Shown piece by piece: positions 57,305 to 64,000 of a DNA stretch of 64,000 nt. The first letter of the stretch is position 1. Every line of letters starts with the position of its first letter. Source of the DNA: Porphyromonadaceae bacterium UBA2751 (GTDB lineage: Bacteria; Bacteroidota; Bacteroidia; Bacteroidales; Muribaculaceae); NCBI GenBank assembly GCA_002353285.1, contig DEJJ01000011.1, positions 2,240 to 66,239 on the forward strand. Direction: 5' to 3'. The notes under the pieces are model-generated. The model was not told the DNA's origin, did not search any database, and worked only from the letters and a program-made list of their open reading frames with translations. The position numbers and the translations under genes were made by a program.

Positions 57305-57378
57305 TGAATCGGCTGGGATTCGAACCCAGGACCCACAGCTTAGAAGGCTGTTGCTCTATCCAGCTGAGCTACCGATCC
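57305..57378 (-). tRNA. tRNA-Arg(TCT)
   Basis: Cloverleaf GGATCGG...CCGATTC-A, anticodon loop CT-TCT-AA, GGTTCGAATCC; -7 box at 57416-57423. Confidence 0.97.
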
Positions 57379-57570
57379 CAGTCTTCAAGTGGATTACACT
57401 CCACAAAAAGCGGTGCAAAGTTAATACATTTTTGCTTAACAGCAAAATTTGTAAAATAAATGTTGCGATTTTACATAAATTAGACGCGACTCATCCACAC
57501 AAAGCTCAAATATATTTGGTTATTCACTAGGCTTGCACTAATTTTGCAGCTCAAAAAAACACTTTTAAAC

Positions 57571-58797
57571 ATGGAAATAATCGAAAAAGTGCGCAATCTG
57601 CACATCGCCAACTATAATTATGAGCTCCCCGACGAGTGCATTGCCAAGCATCCGCTGCAAGAACGAGAACAGTGCAAGGTGCTCATGTATAGTGGTGGCA
57701 GGATTGAGGAGCACCGCTTTCACGAGGTACCCAGCCTGCTGCCGCAGGATGCTATGCTGGTCTACAACAACACACGCGTGATTAATGCAAGACTGCGCTT
57801 TCGCAAGGCCACAGGCAGCATGATTGAGATCTTCTGTCTTGAGCCCGTGACTCCACGCGACTATCAACTGATATTCCAAACCACAAGCCAATGCACATGG
57901 CTGTGCCTGGTGGGCAACAGCAAGCGCTGGAAGAGCGGCAATCTGCTACAGCAAGTTACTGTTGACGGCGAGAGCGTGGACGTGACCGCCACACGTGGCG
58001 AGCGACGCGGCAACGCCTTTGAGATAACCTTCACATGGAGTGGCAACGATGTCACCTTTGCATCGCTTCTCGATGCCATGGGAGAAATCCCCATTCCACC
58101 CTACCTGAACCGCAACACTGAGCAGAGCGACTTGACCGACTACCAAACGGTGTACAGCCACATTGATGGCAGCGTGGCAGCTCCAACGGCAGGACTGCAC
58201 TTCACCGACGAGGTGCTTGCCGAGTGCGACCGCCGCGGCATTGCCAGGCGCGAACTAACGCTGCACGTGGGGGCCGGCACATTCCAGCCCGTGAAGAGCG
58301 ACAACATAGGCGACCACGACATGCACACCGAGTTCATTAGCGTGCCGCGCAACCTTCTTGCCGAACTTGCCACCACCCAGCGGCCAGTGATTGCTGTGGG
58401 CACTACAAGCGTGCGCACCCTCGAGAGCCTGTACTATGTGGGGCAAATTCTTGAGTCAACCCCCGACGCTACCGAGGAGGAGCTGCGCGTGACACAATGG
58501 ATGCCCTACACCACTCCATGTGAAATATCGGTGCAGCAGTCGCTGCAAAACATTGTGGACTATCTCGACCGCCACGGCGCCAGCGACTACCTGGGCAGCA
58601 CTCAACTAATGATTGCCCCTGGCTACACTTATCGCATTGTCAAGGGCATGATCACCAACTTCCACCAGCCGCAGAGCACGCTGCTGCTACTTGTTGCAGC
58701 CTTCGTGGGCAACGACAACTGGCGAGGCATCTACAACTACGCCCTCGAGCACGACTTCCGCTTCCTGAGCTACGGCGACGCCTGCCTGTTCCTGTAA
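57571..58797 (+). CDS. queA: S-adenosylmethionine:tRNA ribosyltransferase-isomerase
   Basis: YNNTRVI.ARL, PIPPYLNR, YQTVY, AAPTAGLHF, TNFHQP, SYGD. Confidence 0.97.
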   Translation: MEIIEKVRNLHIANYNYELPDECIAKHPLQEREQCKVLMYSGGRIEEHRFHEVPSLLPQDAMLVYNNTRVINARLRFRKATGSMIEIFCLEPVTPRDYQLIFQTTSQCTWLCLVGNSKRWKSGNLLQQVTVDGESVDVTATRGERRGNAFEITFTWSGNDVTFASLLDAMGEIPIPPYLNRNTEQSDLTDYQTVYSHIDGSVAAPTAGLHFTDEVLAECDRRGIARRELTLHVGAGTFQPVKSDNIGDHDMHTEFISVPRNLLAELATTQRPVIAVGTTSVRTLESLYYVGQILESTPDATEEELRVTQWMPYTTPCEISVQQSLQNIVDYLDRHGASDYLGSTQLMIAPGYTYRIVKGMITNFHQPQSTLLLLVAAFVGNDNWRGIYNYALEHDFRFLSYGDACLFL

Positions 58798-58826
58798 CGA
58801 AATCATTCACACTGCTCCCAATAAAA

Positions 58827-58859
58827 TCACCCGCCACAAGTCAGTCCTGCGGCGGGTGA
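58827..58859. terminator. Bidirectional terminator
   Basis: TCACCCGCC/GGCGGGTGA stem between convergent genes. Confidence 0.7.
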
Positions 58860-58887
58860 ATGATTCATTGTTGTGTTTCTCCACTAA

Positions 58888-59463
58888 TTACTTGAGTGCT
58901 GTAGCAGCAACGATGTCGTTGAGATTCTTGAGCAGCACTTGCTTGAGCTCATCTCCCTTCATGGGAGTGCCACCAGGCATGATATTGAATGTAACAAAAC
59001 CGTCGCCCTTAGCCACCAGTGCACGATACTCGGTGCGGCCATCTTCCTCCTTGACAAACATCTTGCAGGTTTTGTCGCCCACGGTGATGTCGTCGGTGGG
59101 TTTGAAGCCGTTCTTGCCATAGTTCTCGGCAATGCCCTCGGCCTTTTCAAGAGTGTAGTTCAGAGACGCTGTGGTGTGAGGGTTCTCCTTAAGCCTGAGG
59201 TTGCATGAGCTGTTAACCATTCGGCTCGAAGCCTGCCATCCTTCGGGAACAGTGAGAGTGTAATTGTCGCAACTGAGTTCCTTTTGGTCCTCAATTTTCA
59301 CTTTCTCGCCCTGAGCCTCAGCGTCATCCTGAGCTTGCGCATCGTCGGTTACTTGCTCTTGCGATGCCGAGCCGCTTGCTGCAGCATCTTTCTTTCCTTC
59401 ACACGACATCAGTGTAAATGCCGCCAAAGCAGCAATTGCTACCAAACTAAATACTTTCTTCAT
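58888..59463 (-). CDS. Hypothetical lipoprotein
   Basis: Lipobox LMSC, A/Q/D-rich linker, YTLTVPEGW. Confidence 0.8.
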   Translation of the reverse strand: MKKVFSLVAIAALAAFTLMSCEGKKDAAASGSASQEQVTDDAQAQDDAEAQGEKVKIEDQKELSCDNYTLTVPEGWQASSRMVNSSCNLRLKENPHTTASLNYTLEKAEGIAENYGKNGFKPTDDITVGDKTCKMFVKEEDGRTEYRALVAKGDGFVTFNIMPGGTPMKGDELKQVLLKNLNDIVAATALK

Positions 59464-59663
59464 TCTTACTTAAAATCTTTTTCTTAATGGGTTAAACAAT
59501 AATATTAATTAAACACAAAACGTAAAATACTAACGTTTTATTATTTTCAGACGCTGTTTTTAGTCACAATTCAAACATTGATGTTACGGTCTGTCAGTCG
59601 TCGAGGCTCGTCTGCATGTACACGTCATAAATCAAAGCTCCGCTCTATATTTCACTTTAATAG

Positions 59664-59912
59664 AAAAAATGCCGCCAGATTCACATCTAACGACATCCTC
59701 ACCATAAAATTTAAATACTAAAACTTATTTACCTTACAATAACTTTTGTGTGTATGTTAACAATGAAAAAGAATTATTACTTGCAATATATGATATTACT
59801 CACTGGCAATCATCAACCAGCAGGTAATGACATTTTCTTACTCTAACAGATTAAGTTTTTTCAAAGGAAAAGATTTTTATTTTCTATTCCTATAGAAAAG
59901 GGTTCACTAAAT
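59664..59912 (-). ncRNA. Candidate trans-acting sRNA (~250 nt)
   Basis: TATCTTTG box at 59919-59926, intrinsic terminator at 59664-59696, no ORF of 60 aa or more; contains UUCUUUUUCAUUGUU. Confidence 0.55.
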
Positions 59913-60195
59913 TCATTGCAAAGATAATGAAACATTTTTAATATGCAAAATTTATCCAATTAAATAGTTGTCATTTTATGATTGTTTAAGATTTAACGCA
60001 TTGATTTTTAACATAAACAATAAATTTGTACATTCACCCAAAACGATAGTAGTAAAAACATGAATATTCATTTTGCCCACGCCAATGAATTTACACATAT
60101 TAACAAAATAGTAAAAAAAACTCAATTCACACTCCCAGCTATTGCACAGTTTAAAAAACGGTTGTAACTTTGCATCGCTTTTCGCAAGAAGGCAT

Positions 60196-60270
60196 GGGTG
60201 CTTAGCTCAGCTGGTTCAGAGCATCTGCCTTACAAGCAGAGGGTCGGCGGTTCGAATCCGTCAGCACCCA
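60196..60270 (+). tRNA. tRNA-Val(TAC)
   Basis: GGGTGCT...AGCACCC-A, anticodon loop CT-TAC-AA, GGTTCGAATCC; -7 box at 60165-60172. Confidence 0.97.
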
Positions 60271-60281
60271 CCCCAAGAAAC

Positions 60282-60326
60282 AACGCTGATAGTCAACGAT
60301 TTAAATCAAGACTTTCAGCGTTTTTT
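60282..60326 (+). terminator. Terminator-like hairpin after tRNA-Val
   Basis: AACGCTGA.AGTC/GACT.TCAGCGTT stem plus T-run. Confidence 0.65.
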
Positions 60327-60456
60327 GCTTGATTATCTTTCAATATTAATTTTAAATTATTGCAATTTTCAAGTGCTGGGGGCGCTTAGAGCAAACAAAA
60401 TGAAACTTGAATTGTTTCCCAAAACAATCTAAGAATACAAAAAAACACGATATAGC

Positions 60457-61002
60457 ATGGATTCAAAAAGATGGAAGACTCTGAGAAGTGAGTACCTCAT
60501 CAAGAGACCCTGGCTCACAGCAAGGCGAGACGCTGTGCAACTGCCCAACGGTGTTGTCAACGATGAGTTCTACGTGCTTGAATACCCCGACTGGGTTAAT
60601 GTCATTGCTATCACTGGCGAGGGTAAATTTGTCTTCGTCAGGCAGTACCGATATGCCCTCGACCTCGATTCCATAGAGCTATGCGCTGGTGTGGCCGAGC
60701 CTGGCGAAGCCCCCATTGAGAGCGCCAAGCGTGAGTTGCTTGAGGAGACTGGCTACGGTGGCGGTGAGTGGAAAGAATTCATGGTGATAGGGCAAAATCC
60801 AAGCACTTGCAGCAACTGGACCCACTGTTTTATCGCAACGGGAGTGGAGCGAATGGGTGATCAGCAACTCGACCGCACCGAGGACATTGATGTGGTGCTG
60901 CTCTCGCGCGAAGAGGTGTTGAGCATGCTTCGCAACGACGAGCTCAAGCAAGCTCTGATGCTGGCTCCGCTGTGGCGATATTTTGCCATGGAAAACCAAT
61001 AA
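60457..61002 (+). CDS. NUDIX hydrolase (ADP-ribose pyrophosphatase-like)
   Basis: Nudix box GVAEPGEAPIESAKRELLEETGY; VRQYRY. Confidence 0.92.
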   Translation: MDSKRWKTLRSEYLIKRPWLTARRDAVQLPNGVVNDEFYVLEYPDWVNVIAITGEGKFVFVRQYRYALDLDSIELCAGVAEPGEAPIESAKRELLEETGYGGGEWKEFMVIGQNPSTCSNWTHCFIATGVERMGDQQLDRTEDIDVVLLSREEVLSMLRNDELKQALMLAPLWRYFAMENQ

Positions 61003-61025
61003 ATGGGCAAGCGGCCTCAAGCGCG

Positions 61026-61133
61026 TCAGAAGTCATACCCATCTTCCCACCCCTCGTCGTAGTCCTCGGCCTCCTCTCCAGAGTAATCGTTATCACCGTG
61101 GCCATTCTTAAAGGCAAAGGCAGGAGTACTCAT
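61026..61133 (-). CDS. Small 35-aa acidic peptide coupled to the HAD gene (not in the ORF track)
   Basis: TAATG stop/start overlap; MSTPAFAFKNGHGDNDYSGEEAEDYDEGWEDGYDF. Confidence 0.45.
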   Translation of the reverse strand: MSTPAFAFKNGHGDNDYSGEEAEDYDEGWEDGYDF

Positions 61134-61801
61134 TACAGCGGAATCCCATTCTCAATAATGGGCACGAGGTCATTGGGCTTGCTAATAATCACATTGGCAT
61201 GATATTCCTTGAGTTCCTTCACAGGGCGGAACCCCCAGGTCACACCCACCGAGTCGACACATGCACGGCGAGCGGTTTCCATGTCGATGCCTGAGTCGCC
61301 AATGTAAATGGTTTCCTGCTTAGTAAATTGGGTTTGAGCAAGTATCATGAACACGATGCTTGGGTCGGGCTTCACTGGGATGCCCTCTTGTTGCCCCTGC
61401 ACCGCAACCCAGGGAATGTTTGGGAAAAAGTGGCTGATTATCTTAGTTGTAGCCTCTTGATATTTATTGCTCGCAACAGCCAGACTAACGCCGCTATCGC
61501 GCAGGTGCTCCAGTAGCTCATTGATACCATCGTAGGGCGCAGTGCGGTCGGTGCAATGCTCGTTGTAATACTGCTTGAAGTCCTTGAGCATAGTGTCGAC
61601 CACCGATGCCTTGCCGCTGGCATCTTCAGGCAGGGAGCGCTCGATAAGGCGCTTCACGCCGTTGCCCACAAAGTAGGGGTAAGATGCCACACTGTGAGTG
61701 TGATACCCATTGCGGTCGAGTGCAAAGTTAACCGAGTCGCCAAGGTCGCGGATGGTGTTGAGCAAAGTGCCGTCGAGGTCGAATATTGCTAATTTTTTCA
61801 T
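61133..61801 (-). CDS. HAD family phosphatase (phosphoglycolate phosphatase-like)
   Basis: FDLDGTLL, VASNK, KPDP, YIGDSGID. Confidence 0.92.
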   Translation of the reverse strand: MKKLAIFDLDGTLLNTIRDLGDSVNFALDRNGYHTHSVASYPYFVGNGVKRLIERSLPEDASGKASVVDTMLKDFKQYYNEHCTDRTAPYDGINELLEHLRDSGVSLAVASNKYQEATTKIISHFFPNIPWVAVQGQQEGIPVKPDPSIVFMILAQTQFTKQETIYIGDSGIDMETARRACVDSVGVTWGFRPVKELKEYHANVIISKPNDLVPIIENGIPL

Positions 61802-61896
61802 ATTGTGTCGAATGTATGTCGTTATCGTTAGTTTTATTACTCCTTAGCCTAAATCCTTGATCAAGAAGCAGTGGCCTTCAACTGCGCGAACTCAAT

Positions 61897-64000
61897 CTAG
61901 AACGGATATCCCACCGAGAAGTGAATCTCGGCGTCGCGCTTCAGATTAGGCGACAGCAGTGGCCAGTGCTCTTGCCCCGATGCTGGATTATGAGCCTTCA
62001 TGCCCACATCGAAGCGCACCAAGAAATAGGTGAAATCCATGCGCAGACCAAGTCCATAGGACAGAGCAAGCTGTTCCAAGAACTTGTTTACCTTGAACAC
62101 GCCACCTGGCTGGTTCTCATATTCCTTGATGGTCCACACGTTACCACAGTCGATAAATGCACCCAGCTCCAGCACCCAGAAGAGCTTGCACCTATACTCC
62201 AAGTTAAGGTCGAGCCTGATGTCGCCACACTGATAGATGAAGCTATTCTGTGCCTTCTTGCCGTCGAAACTACCAGGTCCCAACGTGCGCACTCCCCATC
62301 CGCGCACGCTATTGGCACCGCCCGAGTAGAATCGCTTCTCAAACGGCAGAACAGTGCTGTTACCATAGGGTACCGCTATGCCAAATCCAGCATGAAACGC
62401 CAACGAACTGCGCTCATTGAAATAGTGGGTGATAGCGAAGTCGCCATCGAGTTTCACATACTGTGAATAGCGTGTGCCAAACACCTTGTAGCTGTCGTCG
62501 TCCTCACGCTTCTGCCCTATCAAGTGCGAGATGCCATAGAGCACATTGCCAGCAGTCTCGGCTGTAGCCCTGATGGTGTAGATGTTGTCCTGTAGCACCG
62601 TGGTGAATGGATTTGTGGCTTTGCGGTTAGTCTTATAGAAGGTGTAGCCCATGCGCATGATAAGGTGGTTCTCGTAGGAGTAGCGCAACAGCGGATTAGT
62701 GATACTGTCAAGGAAGTTGCTCTTGCTCTTGGGCAGGTACACGTAGCTCACGTCGATGAGGTTGAACGTGTGGCGCATCTGGTTATTGCGCTCGCTCCAG
62801 ATGTACTTCCATCCCGCTCCGGCAATGATGCGTGTATACTCAGGGCGCTCCTGGTAGTTGAAGCTTGTCATGAACTCGGTCGATGCCTGAATGCGACGCT
62901 TGAAGCTTTCACGCAGGAACGGCATCTTGAACTTAGGGAAAGTGATGCCCACATCGCCCGAATACTCGCTGTAGTTGTCGTTGATGAGTCCACTCAGGTC
63001 GCCCGACAGACTCTCGTAAGAAGCCTTGAACTTCACATTGAGCAGTTCGGAGCCCTTAAAGATGTTGCGATGCTGGTAGTCGGCTCCTATGCCAAATCCC
63101 AGGTCACCCTCACTGTTGGTGCCCTCGAGCGAGAACGAGATTGTCTGCGACTTGTCGCGGTTGAGGAGCACATAGGCATCCACCCACAGCTCGCCATTGA
63201 TCTCTCCCACTGCCTTCATGTCAATGTTGATATACTTGATGATGCCCAGCCTTCCCAGGGCCTTATAGGTGCGGTCGATATCACTGGCATTATACACAGA
63301 GCCAGGTCTTATAAAGCAGTTCTCATCGAGGATTTCCTTGGCGATGTAGTGGTCGTCGCCATAGAGCACCGTAATGCCGTTATAGGTCTCGATGTCGCCA
63401 TACACGCCCTCCTGCATGGTCACCGCATCATAGCTTGTGACGAATATCACATCGCGCACATAGAACTGCCGGTGCGTGTCGATGTGTGGCATGTGTGGCA
63501 AGTCCTGAGTTTTGTCGCTCAGGCACAGCGTCAAGTCCACCTCGCGCGAGCCAGCGGCGGTGTCGGCCACAAAGGTGATATAGTTCTTGTTGAAGGCATA
63601 ATAGCCATTATTGCGCAAGCGCTGCACAATCATCTCGCGCTCAGTGTCGAGTTTCTTGTGATCGAGAGCCGACGAGCACTTGATGGGGAAGTCGGTGGTG
63701 TCGCCCAGGATTAGCTGCCGCAGGCTGTCGTTGGCAATGTCGTAGGTTATCGACCTTATCACATAAGGCTCATTCAGGGTGATGTTATAGGCCACCTCGG
63801 CTTTTTTCTTCTTAGGGTTGATTTTCACCTCGCTGGTCACTTCGTTCTTGAGGAATCCTTTATTAGTCAGAGCCCGCTGCAGCTGGCTCTCGCTTGCCAT
63901 AGTGAGGGTGGAGTCGTAGATCACAGGTGGAGCGCCCACTCGCCTAATCCACTTGTTGAACCAGTTGGCCGAGTCCTTGCCGCTCATGTTATATATAGCC
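61897..64000 (-). CDS. tamL: BamA/TamA-family (TamL-like) Omp85 protein, 5' end outside the window
   Basis: POTRA-like segments, FYSGGANSVRGW, GLGLRMDF, terminal VGYPF; frame stays open to the window end. Confidence 0.88.
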   Translation of the reverse strand, partial: AIYNMSGKDSANWFNKWIRRVGAPPVIYDSTLTMASESQLQRALTNKGFLKNEVTSEVKINPKKKKAEVAYNITLNEPYVIRSITYDIANDSLRQLILGDTTDFPIKCSSALDHKKLDTEREMIVQRLRNNGYYAFNKNYITFVADTAAGSREVDLTLCLSDKTQDLPHMPHIDTHRQFYVRDVIFVTSYDAVTMQEGVYGDIETYNGITVLYGDDHYIAKEILDENCFIRPGSVYNASDIDRTYKALGRLGIIKYINIDMKAVGEINGELWVDAYVLLNRDKSQTISFSLEGTNSEGDLGFGIGADYQHRNIFKGSELLNVKFKASYESLSGDLSGLINDNYSEYSGDVGITFPKFKMPFLRESFKRRIQASTEFMTSFNYQERPEYTRIIAGAGWKYIWSERNNQMRHTFNLIDVSYVYLPKSKSNFLDSITNPLLRYSYENHLIMRMGYTFYKTNRKATNPFTTVLQDNIYTIRATAETAGNVLYGISHLIGQKREDDDSYKVFGTRYSQYVKLDGDFAITHYFNERSSLAFHAGFGIAVPYGNSTVLPFEKRFYSGGANSVRGWGVRTLGPGSFDGKKAQNSFIYQCGDIRLDLNLEYRCKLFWVLELGAFIDCGNVWTIKEYENQPGGVFKVNKFLEQLALSYGLGLRMDFTYFLVRFDVGMKAHNPASGQEHWPLLSPNLKRDAEIHFSVGYPF

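Noticed and set aside
57305-60270. Genomic island between the two tRNAs
   Set aside because: Contains housekeeping queA; no integrase or att duplication.

Overview
Chromosomal segment of a Bacteroidales bacterium. Evidence: TAnnTTTG -7 promoter boxes, the porV-ispF pair and A-rich SD-less starts. The dockerin-bearing secreted proteins suggest Muribaculaceae/Sodaliphilus-like (inference). Most of the window is housekeeping (rlmI, rseP, dxr, psuKG, argS, porV, ispF, glpAB, rluD, glnS, thiL, punA, lpxK, sppA, fmt, tsaC, queA, tamL, tRNA-Arg, tRNA-Val), interspersed with secreted or surface proteins. No transposase, integrase, phage, CRISPR or reverse transcriptase gene was seen. Main oddities: (1) a >1297-codon secreted protein missed by the ORF track, next to a triplicated structured ~160-bp element and a nested REP-like element; (2) two unrelated secreted proteins sharing the same dockerin type (candidate non-cellulosomal dockerin display system); (3) a guanidine-III-like riboswitch ahead of a gdx-nim pair with no IS nearby; (4) a UDP-glucose dehydrogenase homologue lacking its catalytic Cys, divergent from glpAB without glpC; (5) an ECF sigma / dual-membrane anti-sigma pair with back-to-back candidate promoters; (6) a candidate anti-start-codon sRNA, two unannotated small ORFs, and dispersed ACAAC-phased and GAA-minihairpin repeats. 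All calls were made by eye; no searches were run.
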